A stretch of 52,048 bases of DNA, from contig JAHISE010000123.1 in NCBI GenBank assembly GCA_018818235.1, forward strand, positions 1-52,048, written 5' to 3'. The stretch is from Patescibacteria group bacterium (GTDB lineage Bacteria > Patescibacteriota > Gracilibacteria > Peribacterales > Peribacteraceae). The notes beneath the pieces were generated by a model. It was given only the letters and a program-made list of their open reading frames with translations. It did no database searches and was not told the origin of the DNA. The position numbers were made by a program, and so were the translations under genes. This document shows, in pieces, positions 9,001 to 19,055 of this stretch; position 1 is the first letter of the stretch, and every line of letters begins with the position of its first letter.

Positions 9001-12000
9001 ACTGCACCCTTGTTTGTGCCGCCGTCTTCGGATTCCATTGGGGTACCGACGGCAATCTCGGTACGTCCGTCTTTATCCAGATCACCAAGTGCACTGATAG
9101 AACCAAAACGGTGAGTATGCTCGTTTAAATCTGCAAAGAATCCACCCTGAGTTGACGAAATCACTTGTGATTCTTTAACTGTACCATCTTCATTCATCAA
9201 TAATAAATTGATGGAAAATTGAAGCTGATCTTCGCGCAAAGAACCAATAGCCAGATCAGAGATATGATCGCCGTTCAGATCTCCGATATTTGCAATGGTA
9301 TTATTGCCAGAAGGCTTGTCATTGATTTTGGATAATTCCTCAGTAATTTTGTAGGTATCTTTTACAGTGCCATCAGTGTTCAGGAACAAGATCCAGAATG
9401 CCTTGCGATTTGATCCGGATTCAGTTTTGTTGTTGGGCTCTCCAACTGCAATATCAATAATGCCGTCGTTATCCAAATCACCAATATTTACAACCGAATC
9501 TCCAAAACTATCCAAGCTATTGGAGTCCTTATTTGCAAAGTCAAACGTTGATTCGGATATTTCATTATGGGATTTTATTGTACCGTCTGAATTCATGAAT
9601 AAAATCCATACAGTATTGTTTCCATTCTGGCCAACAGCAATGTCATTAATACCGTCTCCATCCAGATCACCCAAGCCTGCAATATCCTTTCCAAAACCCC
9701 CATTTTTTAAGTCTCCAGTAAAACCACCTTCGTCCTTTGTAATTAATTTATAAGATTTAACACTTCCATCATTATTAAGCAGTGCAATCCAGACGGCGCC
9801 ATAAACTGTTTTTCCCATATAAAAGCCATGTTGTGTTTCGCCTATCGCTAGGTCGGACACGCCATTGTCGTCAATATCACCTATATTTGCTATCGATCTT
9901 CCAAAAAGCATATGATCACTGTTCATTGGGTTGTAAGTAATAAATTCTCTACTTGGCAGTTTTTTATGTGATTTGATCGTTTTGTCTTCATTCATAAATA
10001 AAATGAATACAGCTCCTGCCTGATGTATTACTCCGCCACCCAGACTTTTGTCTGCATCCGAACCAATAGCCAGATCTGTTACACCATCACCGTCAATGTC
10101 ACCCATCGCAACAATACTTGTGCCAAACATGTCTGAATTGGCAATTCCAAGTGTTGCATTTCCTAAAGCAGGAACCCTCTGATAGCTTTCTATATTATAT
10201 GGTTGATCTGCTGAACAAGTGAACGCACTGCCGCAATCTTTGGCACAATCCTCCTGGGTTTCATTTCCATTGCAAATCCCATCATCACAGGATTCGGTTC
10301 CTGCTAGTCTTTCAACTTCAGTTTTGCAATTATTACTGCACCCATCTCCGTTCTCATTATTTCCATCGTCACATTGTTCCTTCCCCTCTTTATTTCCATC
10401 ACCGCAGGTGGTTATGGCTTCTCCTGTGCAGTCCAATTCAAATATGTATATTGCACCGGACTCCCCCAAAAAGCCTTCATCTGCGGGGTTACCTGCATTG
10501 TCTTCCGGTGCTCCTACAATAATTTCCGGTTTACCGTTGCCGTCAAAATCTCCAACTAAAGATAAACTTTCTCCAAAACTGCGTGGTTTTGCACCAGCTT
10601 TTACAGGAGGGATAAAAATATTTTGAGATTTAACCGTACCATCTGAATTTGGCAATATTATCCACAAATCTCGTTTGTACAATGATGATGCGATTACGTC
10701 ATTTGTACCATCACCATCAATATCACCGGCATTTGCAACGCGGAGCCCAAAGCCATCACTGGTTGAAATATCACCCATAAATCCGCCAATATTTTTGGAG
10801 ATTTCTTGGCTTGTTTTTACTGTGCCGTCAGGGTTCAAAGATATTATCCAGAAAGCTCCATGCGTGTCTCCATCTTCCGAGAAGTTTCTTTCGCCAACTG
10901 CAATGTTAATGATGCCATTACCATTAAGGTCGCCAAGATTACTTATTGAGGATCCAAACATTGACCTGGTTTGCAGCTCCTCATTTAGATTTCCTTGTGT
11001 TGCAGAGATCTTTTTATTTGATTTTACAGTGCCATCAGAATTTAGAAATAGTATCCATACAGCACCTGCATCTTTGACGCCATCATCATCATTTCTTGAG
11101 CCGATTGCAATGTCTGTAATTCCATCACCATCCAAATCTCCCAATTCAGAAATTGCGTATCCAAAATTATCATATTCATCTAACCCATTTCCAGTACTAT
11201 CTTCTATTGATGATATTTTATGAGTTTTTTTAACGCTGGCATCAGCTTTAAGCAAAACTATATATACTGCCCCTTTTTCTTGGCCATGTTCATATTCCCC
11301 TGGTGCTCCTATTGCCAAATCAGTTACTCCATTACCATCTAAATCGCCAATATTTGTTATAGAAGTCCCAAGCCTGGCGTCATTATTGGTTTTAAAATTT
11401 GTTTCCAGGTTACTCTTTGTGGCTGAAAGTTTTCTAAATGATCTTACTGTTTTATCAGATTTCATAAAGAGCAGATAAACTACTCCTTGTCGTATGCCTC
11501 CATCATTCTCGCCCGGCGCACCAACTGCAAAATCTGTTATACCATCGCGATCAAAATCTCCAATTGATGTTATGCTAGCTCCAAAATTACTGCCCTGCAT
11601 AAGTATTCCAGAGAATGAGTCAGATGCATTGGATATCTTTGTGTAGTTATTGTAGCCATATTCCTGTCCTTTTAAACAAGTAATAGCACTCCCGCAATCT
11701 TTCGAACAACTTTTCTGAGTTTCATCTCCATTACAGAGCCCGTCGCCACAGGAAGGGGCTCCGCTTATTTGAGTTGAAGTTGGTGTTGTGGCAGGAGTTA
11801 CAGTAGGCGTAGGAGGCACAATAGGTGCGGGAGCAGTTTCGGGGGTTGGTGTAGTGGTGGTAACATCGGGTGTCAATTCAATAGTCAACACCCCATCAAA
11901 ATGAAAATCGCCTTCCTCTCCACCGTTCGGCATCACTTTACCGGCTTGCAAATCAAAAACAGAAATCCATTCTCCACCCGGTTGATACCCTGGACAATAT

Positions 12001-14081
12001 GCTTTGACGAGTCTGGCCATATTTGTTGAAGAGTGCGGTATTCCGATCCATGTATGAACGTAGCTCCCCTGATCGCCGATTTCAGGACTCTCAAGCAATT
12101 CTATTTTTTTTGAATTACTTGAGTTCAATTTAAATATTTTTAGTGAGCATCCGGGGATAGGTTTTTTTGTCTGATCGTCAACAACCTCTATCGGAACCTT
12201 TTCACCACTACTGACATTAAATGCTGAACAAGTCATATGTTGTGTTGCTCCTGGACACAATGATAGATCCGTATCATTTGCAGTTTTATTGATTATCGTG
12301 GAACCTAAAGGCGTAAATAGAGTATCTTCCATAAAAGTATCAAGTTTTGCAGTACCCAACATAGGATCAAGGAATAGATCTTTTCTGGATGCCCAATATT
12401 TATTGTTGGGATCTGTTGCTTTCATATCAATATACGGTTCGATCCCGGAGTCATCAGTAACATTCCCAATTGAATAGTATTCGCTCAAACCGAGACCATG
12501 ACCATGACCGAGTTCATGTATAAGTGATCTAAGTTGTCTTCTGTAGTAATCATCACGGGCTTCATCATCATTTGAAATATCATTTGAGTTCCAAATGTTT
12601 TCCAACTTATATCCAAAAGATGATATCGCATTGTTATTAAACATATTGCATCCGCCGTTACCACCGTGGCTTCTGTTAAGCTGGCTTTTTTCTATAATCA
12701 CATGATATTCGTAATCCGGTTTTAATGGATTGCACATACCGCCAGTTGGAAACGGCTTATCCCAGATTTCCACATGCTGATCAGGATCAAATACAAACTG
12801 CCTGACGGTACTTTTCGCATATATTTTATTTATATCTTCAACATAGCGTACAAGTCTATTGCTTACATCTGTAAGATCAGTATCAATAAGTTCAGGATCT
12901 AACAGAAAGCGTATTACAGCCGTTTTTGTCTGTTGCTCTTGCGGTGTAGGTTTAGAGTCTACAACTTTGTCCTGAACTTCTTCATGCTCCTTCTCCCGTT
13001 CAACTTCTTGAAGATCTGATTCTCTTTCTCCAAGCTCTCGTTCGATTTCACGCAAAACTTCATTTAATTGTTCATTCTCGCCACTCAGTTCATCAATAGA
13101 ATCTTTTGTATCAGTTTCCACTTTTGATGTAGTTGGTGTGTCCCTCTTTTTTGGGGCTATAACAGTTGGTGCGGAACTTTTTGCATCCTCTTTCTCCGGA
13201 GGCAAGTGTGCCTGCCCTAGTTCATTCGTAGTGTCGTCTACAGTTTCAGGTATATCAGATGATGGTTCAGCAGTTTTGGATGTTGCAGATACAGGCACAG
13301 CAGTCTCGGGTACAACTTGTTGGTCAGGCTCTATTATTGGATCGTTGCCTGTTGCAGTTTTCTCTATTGGTATAAGCATATCGCATACCGAAGGTTCACC
13401 TGAACACTTCCAGCCTATCTCTTTATTGCATTCATCGTCACATCCGTCGTTAATTTTTGTGTTGCCATCATCACATACTTCATCAGGATGTACCAATCCA
13501 TCACCGCATACTGCTGCAACTGCCTCAATTATACATGATGCACTACACCCATCCCCATCAATATTATTTCCATCATCACACTCTTCTGCACTGTGATTCA
13601 AACTTAAATTGGCATGTGTTTGTACTCCTTCCACTACACTATTTCCACATTCATAAACTGTATTTAGTACTCCTGTATTGCAATCAAAAACAAGATCACG
13701 ATCAGTTCGAATGTAATAAACGTTGCCTGCCGTAATTGTGTTCAGAGTGTTACGAATAGAAAGAATTGGTTGTTGTCTTAACATCGAGGATGAAAAGGCA
13801 AAGTCTCCCCCAAAAGGAGGTTCGTCTCCCGTGTATTCGTATACAAAAAAGTGAATGCCATCAGTTGCACTCAGGATATTGCTTTCGCTCAAAGTATTAG
13901 TGGAAGAACATGTGATTTGATTGTGATCGTTTGTCCGGAATATAACCGCCTGAGTTGCCTCTGCAATTGTAAAACGTTTTTGACCCCCCTGAACAGTTGC
14001 GGTCAATGAGTTGAATGTAAGGGTGGCAGTTGCGGATAAAACTCCAACAAGGAGAATAGTCTTAAAAATGGAACGTGACAT
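6069..14081 (-). CDS. Giant (2670 aa) secreted surface protein, paralog 3: N-module, Cys-rich repeats, zincin-like HExxH domain, four FG-GAP/VCBS-type repeat blocks
   Basis: Single uninterrupted 8-kb ORF. It contains a signal anchor, the shared N-module and DUF4215-type repeats, then an acidic coiled linker. The HELGH motif is encoded at 12504-12518 ([16 protein letters not shown]), followed by a PT-rich linker. Four blocks of Ca-binding FG-GAP-like repeats (GDxDGDGxxDxAxG) follow, and each block is preceded by CGDGxCNGxETQxxCxxDCG. Confidence 0.9.
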   Translation of the reverse strand: MSRSIFKTILLVGVLSATATLTFNSLTATVQGGQKRFTIAEATQAVIFRTNDHNQITCSSTNTLSESNILSATDGIHFFVYEYTGDEPPFGGDFAFSSSMLRQQPILSIRNTLNTITAGNVYYIRTDRDLVFDCNTGVLNTVYECGNSVVEGVQTHANLSLNHSAEECDDGNNIDGDGCSASCIIEAVAAVCGDGLVHPDEVCDDGNTKINDGCDDECNKEIGWKCSGEPSVCDMLIPIEKTATGNDPIIEPDQQVVPETAVPVSATSKTAEPSSDIPETVDDTTNELGQAHLPPEKEDAKSSAPTVIAPKKRDTPTTSKVETDTKDSIDELSGENEQLNEVLREIERELGERESDLQEVEREKEHEEVQDKVVDSKPTPQEQQTKTAVIRFLLDPELIDTDLTDVSNRLVRYVEDINKIYAKSTVRQFVFDPDQHVEIWDKPFPTGGMCNPLKPDYEYHVIIEKSQLNRSHGGNGGCNMFNNNAISSFGYKLENIWNSNDISNDDEARDDYYRRQLRSLIHELGHGHGLGLSEYYSIGNVTDDSGIEPYIDMKATDPNNKYWASRKDLFLDPMLGTAKLDTFMEDTLFTPLGSTIINKTANDTDLSLCPGATQHMTCSAFNVSSGEKVPIEVVDDQTKKPIPGCSLKIFKLNSSNSKKIELLESPEIGDQGSYVHTWIGIPHSSTNMARLVKAYCPGYQPGGEWISVFDLQAGKVMPNGGEEGDFHFDGVLTIELTPDVTTTTPTPETAPAPIVPPTPTVTPATTPTSTQISGAPSCGDGLCNGDETQKSCSKDCGSAITCLKGQEYGYNNYTKISNASDSFSGILMQGSNFGASITSIGDFDRDGITDFAVGAPGENDGGIRQGVVYLLFMKSDKTVRSFRKLSATKSNLETNFKTNNDARLGTSITNIGDLDGNGVTDLAIGAPGEYEHGQEKGAVYIVLLKADASVKKTHKISSIEDSTGNGLDEYDNFGYAISELGDLDGDGITDIAIGSRNDDDGVKDAGAVWILFLNSDGTVKSNKKISATQGNLNEELQTRSMFGSSISNLGDLNGNGIINIAVGERNFSEDGDTHGAFWIISLNPDGTVKTSQEISKNIGGFMGDISTSDGFGLRVANAGDIDGDGTNDVIASSLYKRDLWIILPNSDGTVKSQNIFIPPVKAGAKPRSFGESLSLVGDFDGNGKPEIIVGAPEDNAGNPADEGFLGESGAIYIFELDCTGEAITTCGDGNKEGKEQCDDGNNENGDGCSNNCKTEVERLAGTESCDDGICNGNETQEDCAKDCGSAFTCSADQPYNIESYQRVPALGNATLGIANSDMFGTSIVAMGDIDGDGVTDLAIGSDADKSLGGGVIHQAGAVFILFMNEDKTIKSHKKLPSREFITYNPMNSDHMLFGRSIANIGDIDDNGVSDLAIGETQHGFYMGKTVYGAVWIALLNNDGSVKSYKLITKDEGGFTGDLKNGGFGKDIAGLGDLDGDGINDIAVGQNGNNTVWILFMNSDGTIKSHNEISESTFDFANKDSNSLDSFGDSVVNIGDLDNDGIIDIAVGEPNNKTESGSNRKAFWILFLNTDGTVKDTYKITEELSKINDKPSGNNTIANIGDLNGDHISDLAIGSLREDQLQFSINLLLMNEDGTVKESQVISSTQGGFFADLNEHTHRFGSISALGDLDKDGRTEIAVGTPMESEDGGTNKGAVYILDLGCQGETKSPVKKTITSKSATKCGDGLCNGDETQKSCSKDCGPALACADQNIVVKNVKTINDFEGNLEDVLIVGGGFGHSMTPLGDMNGDGVTDLAIGGADTNNKENSIFILFMNANKTVKSYKTIKGTDFYYDDNQNAHQQFGNSIANIGDIDGNGVTDIAIGEKYYKRYTFMTWSGSKSKSEYAFTGAIWIALLNSDRTVKSYNLISDGEGGFEGYLTKDGMFGQSVTGLGDLDGDGINDVAVGEPGANATWILFLDNDGAVKDHIKISNQQLLDSGWKPAESDISPDLDDFGSSVSNIGDMDGDGVIDIAVGESMDQNQNNMGGALWILFMNNNGTVKNAVKTRSEDAGLIRNQYLNGGIASVGDLDSNGVSDLVVEALNENGFYILFMNSDGTVMSSKTFSKKNGGLKEDILLNKYSGESIGSLGDFDGDGNPDVLIGAPKDNHGGTGKGAIFFVNLSCFAECEDECTISDTTECLSKSEYGTCGDYDDDNCLEWGEKGTCDAGKECYGAGTCSNGPTAWCGDGICNEKETQDSCSRDCGAPAMCAKNIYGVIDYKEISVKDKEVFEDGQYITGFGSAIAHIGDVDKDGINDLAVAIEGSLEGYGIYILLMNEDGSIKSYKSILSDQYAYEQKEKVVDVAALGDFDGDQTPDIAIVSDTSGVTNPINTHILYLNTDGTLKSSQRLQDKSSADSELVLKESSITNMGDMDGDGITDIAIGGHAIKNSKDIPTVSVLFMNQDGSIKKYRQTSDSKTEFTPDRGFYGRSIDAIGDIDGDGITDLAVGSQDSVWIQFLNSDGSVKSSQKIDSKTKNLGFSTHRTMFGADVSNIGDINGDGINDLLVGNYSNDQEDRIVGKAHILLLNVDGTVKSSSTISDTNDGGIGVEFRKGIDFGWSVSHIGDFDKDGNLNILVSAPHNGYDGWVNQYGSVYNINFGCYPSTDASEVTQSKGRFSSFWASLFEFFFTNTK

Positions 14082-14110
14082 TGTTTGTGTTTGGGAATTT
14101 ATATATTGGT

Positions 14111-14119
14111 ATTATACCA
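14111..14119 (-). promoter_or_regulatory. Candidate extended -10 (TGGTATAAT) for paralog 3
   Basis: Perfect TGnTATAAT 30 nt upstream of ATG 14081. Confidence 0.45.
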
Positions 14120-14294
14120 TAAATATATTAAATGGTCGACTAGCAAAAAAGTAGGTAGAATCAATGCTTTTCAATGGAAAATAATTAGTTTGATCGAAGA
14201 ATTTTTACGAAGCGAGTGAACAATACTTACCACTCAATTTTGTCCACATTACCGCTAATTAGTATGAGTCGGTATCTGTATCAAGATTATTCTA

Positions 14295-17200
14295 TTATGG
14301 GTTTTTGCTACAATCGTTTCTGCAGTCATCCGTATCTACACTATTTCCATCATCACATTCTTCGTTGCCACCGACGTATCTGTCTCCACAAGTAATTTGT
14401 GAAAATTTTAAACAACTACTTGGTTCATATCCGCAAGAATATCCTGTTTCAATACTGCAAAAACTTGAACAGCCATCACCGGATATTGTATTTTTGTCGT
14501 CACATCTCTCATTACCTTCTATAAATCCGTTACCACATTCAATCTCTGCAGTTTCTGGAATTAATCCTTTGTACAACCTGTAAATTTCAACCGGTTCAAG
14601 TTCTTTCTTATAAATACGTACATCATCAATAAACAGATGCCCAAGTTGTGTACCGAGTCCGATTCCTGATTTTGTAATAACATCTGTATTGCTGCACTCG
14701 CCGGAATCAAAGTGATACTGTGGAGTTAATTTGTTGTTGTAGCAGCAAACAAGATTTCCATTAATATAAACCTTAGGAGAATAATTGTCCCGATTTGGCC
14801 AAACAATTGAAATATGATGCCAATTATTATTTGTAATCAATGATTGTTTTGTACGCATGTAACCACATCCCCATTTTTTCCATCTATTAAAGAGCAAAGT
14901 TCCATCTTTCATAATATATACCTGATAAGCAAAGGCATCGCTGGTTTTAAAGTTCTCACTAAACATTGTTCCCTGAACTACAGGTCTTTCTATTAGAGCA
15001 TCGGTTCCGTCAATCTGATCAGTTTTTACCCAGAATGACATTGTTACATCTGATCGTGTTTCAGGTAGTTTGTTTGGAATAATTACTCCGGCATCACTTG
15101 CAAGTGTCATTGCACTTGCACCGACTTCCAATGATTTTGAGTTGGTAAAACTCACACTAACCCTATTGGAAGACCATTTAATATCATTGCTATTATTAAT
15201 CATTGATCCTGTAAATTCAGAAGTCGATGAGTCTTTTATCGAGTTTCCCGAACCTTCATCTAATTTATAATATGCAATTAAATCATTATTATCATGACCA
15301 TCGGGCTTATTGTTAACCGGGCATTCCGATGTTCCTTTTCCAATCCCATCGCAATAATCATAATTAAATTCACAATTTGTTGTGCAACTGTCGTTCGTAT
15401 TATTCAAATTACTGTCGTCACAATCCTCTCCTTCATCTACCCTTCCATTCCCGCACTCCTCAAGCCAACATTTAGAATTACATCCATCACCATCAATTTT
15501 ATTATTATCATCACATTGCTCGAAATGTGAGAATCCGGTTGGATTATCAAGAGCTCCATTACCACATAAAATCAAGCTCTTACAAACATTTTTCTTAATA
15601 CACATGTTTTTGTTTTTATCATAATCATAAGTACATACACTGTTAGTATTCTCACACATTGTTCTGTTTGCTTTTTCGTGATCGGATGTTCTTTCGCCAC
15701 TTGGAATCATAATTTCTAAACATTCCTGACAAAGTGCAGTGATGTCTTCCATTTTACAATCTGCTGCACATCCATCTCCGTCTTTAGTTCTGCCATCATC
15801 ACATTCCTCTCCTAATTCCCGAACATAATTACCACATACAGGATCGGACTTAACACCTGCTTCATTAATAACACAATTATTGGTGCACGTATCTGAATCA
15901 TCTGCGTTGCCGTCATCACACTCTTCACCAACATCTAATCTGTAATTTCCACAAAATTCTTTCATACAATATTTGTCACATCCATCACCATCAATATTAT
16001 TTCCGTCATCACACTGTTCGTGGTTCCAGGCAGATAGAGAGCCATCGCCACACCTTCCGGGTGTCGGGCATAATTGCGGATCAGAGCTACATCGACCAAC
16101 CACTGAGGATCGCATATCTGCCTGATGAGTGGAATATACACAATATGATCCAATTTTTTTGCAGCTATTAATGTTGCATCTGGCTTGCATTGCAGAATAA
16201 CTATTGCTCATGCCGTATTGATAGCCGCAATATTGTCCACATTTATTACAGTCATCTAATGAGTATGCTCTGCTTTCCCACATACAATTATTGCTACATC
16301 CGTCTCTGTCATCTGAATTTCCATCATCGCATTCTTCTCCTATAGCAATATTCCCATCTCCACATTTTCTTTTGCATGAGTTATTACATGCATCGTCATT
16401 GTCTTGATTGCCATCATCACATTCTTCACCACCTTCTACTCTTCCATTTGTACATTCTGATATCAGACATGTTTCGTCGCATCCGTCACCATTTATGGTA
16501 TTGCCATCATCACATTCTTCATCGGATTTAAGTTTACCGTCTCCACAGAATTCTTTTTTGCATTCACTGTCACACCCATCTCCGTCAGTTAGATTTCCAT
16601 CATCACATTCTTCACTTTCATCTATTTCATCTACTATTCCATCCCCACATTCTACTATCATACATTTGGAGTTGCATCCGTCACCGCCATCTTTATTACC
16701 ATCATCACATTCTTCAGTTGCGAAAAGTTCCGGGAAGTATTCCAGCTTTCCGTTACCGCAATTTGAATTAATTGTTGAACAAATGGGATTTGCAACACAG
16801 CGTGAATAATCCGAATTAGGTGAACATATTTTACTGTCAACACTCTTGCATTGTGCTGTTATTTCATCTTTCCAATATGAACCAATATGCGTTATCTTTA
16901 AGCTGTTGCATTCATTACACAAATCGATAGCTTGTTTTAGTGATTTAGTACTGCCATCGACACATCCATTCTTGCCAATTTCACAACTGGATGAAAGACA
17001 TACACCATCTCTACAAATACTTGGGCAAGTAACTTGCTCATAGCTCACGATTCCTTTTTCGTCATCACAAAATGCTTCCGAAAGTACTCGATCGCCAAGT
17101 TGTGCAACACAATAGTCTTTGAATCCACCGTATCCTTCACGAATTATAAAGCCGAATTTATCGTAAGCTTTTCCACCGTCCGAATCAAAACATGCTACTT

Positions 17201-18581
17201 TTTTACATTTATTATCACATTGGTCAATATTGTTATCGTTACCATCATCACATTCTTCATTCCCTTCCTTCTTGCCGTTGCCACAAACAGCATCTTTTAC
17301 GATTGGTGAACATGGATCAACTAAATAAATAATAGGATCCCCATCCTCATCACATCTTGGGAAAATGTCTCCGTTGTCACAGATAAATGGAGGACAAGCT
17401 GGAGCCGATTTTACCGGAAAACATTGTGAGCTACTTTGGCATAGTGCACTGTTACATGGAGTTATGATTACCGGTGCCAGGCAACTCTGTTGATTATTTT
17501 GTTGAGATGGACATGGATCAAGAGCACACATTGCATCGTCATCATCATCGGCAATTACAGATGGAGGACAATCTTTTATACAGTTGCATTCGTTTTCCCA
17601 TACTTCACAAGTTCCATTCCCGCAGTTAGAACAAATACTAACACTTAATCCTGGAGGAGCGGGGGGAGTCGTACACTCACCGTTAACTTTGTTTGCGATG
17701 ATAATTGTATTTAATCCATCACAACATTGAGGCGCTCCGGCAAATGGCATTAATGTTTCTCCTGCATCCACACATTGCTCAGCGTCACCTGCGCAATCTG
17801 CTGCGCAGTTGCATCTATTCTCTCCTGTTTCACAATTATTGTTTCCGCAATTGATGCAGATCATAAGGTCATCAGGTATACATTCGCTATTTGTATCGTT
17901 TAGATCTGCCGGTATTGAGTTGCTTACAACAGACAGTCCGTTACAACAAGCCGGTCCCATGAATCCTCCTTGTGTGGTACATGGGGGATCAGTTTCTTGG
18001 CCTGTTGCAGAGCATCCGTCTCCATCGTCGGTATTGCCATCATCACACTGCTCTGCCATGTGATTCAGTCCTAAATGATTATGAATTTGTTCTCCTTCAA
18101 CAACTCCATTCCCATATTCATAAATAGTATTCAGAATCCCGGTGTTACAATCAAAAACCAAATCACGATCTGTGCGAATGTAATAAGTATAGCCTGCAGT
18201 AATATTGTCCAAGGTGTTTCTTATAGCAAGCAAGGGCTGATCTTTTAACATAGAAGAAGAAAATGCAAAGTCACCCAAAAAAGGAGGTTCATCTCCCGTA
18301 TATTCATATACAAAAAAGTGAATGCCATCAGTTGCGCTTAACACCGAGCCTTCACTAAGTGGATTAGTGGAAGAACATGTGATTTGATTATGATCATTTG
18401 TTTGGAATATGACTGCCGCAGTTGCTTCATTTATCGTAAATCGCTTTTGGTTTCCTGCAATTGAAGCAAGGAATAAGTTATTGGCAAGTTGGTCACTTTG
18501 ATTTTGTCTAACTTGACCGATTGCAACGATGGCTATGGTGAGTGCTCCTATTGTTAGAAAAGATTTGAATATGTGTGGCAT
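14295..18581 (-). CDS. Secreted cysteine-rich repeat surface protein, paralog 4, with a LamG/concanavalin-like domain
   Basis: 1428 aa. Signal anchor, shared N-module and more than 12 DUF4215-type repeats. A LamG-like segment is encoded at about 14575-15290 (LIAYYKLDEGSG ... MSFWVKTDQ ... WHHISIVW ... LFIDDVRIYKKEL). Confidence 0.88.
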   Translation of the reverse strand: MPHIFKSFLTIGALTIAIVAIGQVRQNQSDQLANNLFLASIAGNQKRFTINEATAAVIFQTNDHNQITCSSTNPLSEGSVLSATDGIHFFVYEYTGDEPPFLGDFAFSSSMLKDQPLLAIRNTLDNITAGYTYYIRTDRDLVFDCNTGILNTIYEYGNGVVEGEQIHNHLGLNHMAEQCDDGNTDDGDGCSATGQETDPPCTTQGGFMGPACCNGLSVVSNSIPADLNDTNSECIPDDLMICINCGNNNCETGENRCNCAADCAGDAEQCVDAGETLMPFAGAPQCCDGLNTIIIANKVNGECTTPPAPPGLSVSICSNCGNGTCEVWENECNCIKDCPPSVIADDDDDAMCALDPCPSQQNNQQSCLAPVIITPCNSALCQSSSQCFPVKSAPACPPFICDNGDIFPRCDEDGDPIIYLVDPCSPIVKDAVCGNGKKEGNEECDDGNDNNIDQCDNKCKKVACFDSDGGKAYDKFGFIIREGYGGFKDYCVAQLGDRVLSEAFCDDEKGIVSYEQVTCPSICRDGVCLSSSCEIGKNGCVDGSTKSLKQAIDLCNECNSLKITHIGSYWKDEITAQCKSVDSKICSPNSDYSRCVANPICSTINSNCGNGKLEYFPELFATEECDDGNKDGGDGCNSKCMIVECGDGIVDEIDESEECDDGNLTDGDGCDSECKKEFCGDGKLKSDEECDDGNTINGDGCDETCLISECTNGRVEGGEECDDGNQDNDDACNNSCKRKCGDGNIAIGEECDDGNSDDRDGCSNNCMWESRAYSLDDCNKCGQYCGYQYGMSNSYSAMQARCNINSCKKIGSYCVYSTHQADMRSSVVGRCSSDPQLCPTPGRCGDGSLSAWNHEQCDDGNNIDGDGCDKYCMKEFCGNYRLDVGEECDDGNADDSDTCTNNCVINEAGVKSDPVCGNYVRELGEECDDGRTKDGDGCAADCKMEDITALCQECLEIMIPSGERTSDHEKANRTMCENTNSVCTYDYDKNKNMCIKKNVCKSLILCGNGALDNPTGFSHFEQCDDNNKIDGDGCNSKCWLEECGNGRVDEGEDCDDSNLNNTNDSCTTNCEFNYDYCDGIGKGTSECPVNNKPDGHDNNDLIAYYKLDEGSGNSIKDSSTSEFTGSMINNSNDIKWSSNRVSVSFTNSKSLEVGASAMTLASDAGVIIPNKLPETRSDVTMSFWVKTDQIDGTDALIERPVVQGTMFSENFKTSDAFAYQVYIMKDGTLLFNRWKKWGCGYMRTKQSLITNNNWHHISIVWPNRDNYSPKVYINGNLVCCYNNKLTPQYHFDSGECSNTDVITKSGIGLGTQLGHLFIDDVRIYKKELEPVEIYRLYKGLIPETAEIECGNGFIEGNERCDDKNTISGDGCSSFCSIETGYSCGYEPSSCLKFSQITCGDRYVGGNEECDDGNSVDTDDCRNDCSKNP

Positions 18582-18607
18582 TAGGCAGTTTGGGGAAGCT
18601 AAAAGAT

Positions 18608-18616
18608 ATTGTATCT
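18608..18616 (-). promoter_or_regulatory. Candidate -10 element (AGATACAAT) for paralog 4
   Basis: TACAAT lies 27-35 nt upstream of ATG 18581, within the leader conserved with paralog 1. Confidence 0.35.
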
Positions 18617-18702
18617 AATTGATAAGGTAAATACAATTTTAGTAAAGATGGATTGGGATCAATGCCAAATATTGTGGAAAAAATAGTAAACCGAGTTATA
18701 AA

Positions 18703-18767
18703 CCCCAAAACCCAAATCACAAATCACAAATCACAAATCACAAAAAAAATCCCAAAACCCAAATCAC
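18703..18767. repeat. Short-period tandem repeat (aaatcac x4 perfect, plus a fifth copy) with a duplicated cccaaaacccaaatcac unit
   Basis: Perfect heptamer copies at 18714-18741, then an A8 run at 18742-18749, then a fifth copy at 18761-18767. The 14-nt atcccaaaacccaa (18749-18762) has an exact inverted partner ttgggttttgggat at 18917-18930. Confidence 0.8.
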
Positions 18768-18996
18768 AAAAGACAAAAATCCGTAGTAATTGTAATTTAC
18801 TAATACTGAATACAGTATAAAACCCATTATCCCTTCAGGTTCTATAAAAGATCAGGTGAATCAATTATTACGAATAGTAAGCTCAATAATCTTAAAACTT
18901 ACACAATAAATCACAGTTGGGTTTTGGGATTTAAAATATAGTCCCTGCACTTTGGCATTGATCCACTATTGCCATAATCCCACCAAAATCATCTAT

Positions 18997-19024
18997 TTGA
19001 AATATTTGATAAATAGTGTATAAT
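18997..19024 (+). promoter_or_regulatory. Sigma-70-like promoter for the 726-aa Cys-rich protein gene
   Basis: TTGAAA (18997-19002), 16-nt spacer, TATAAT (19019-19024). ATG at 19056. Confidence 0.5.
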
Positions 19025-19055
19025 ATTACTAGAAAACCAATAACAAATATCAGTT

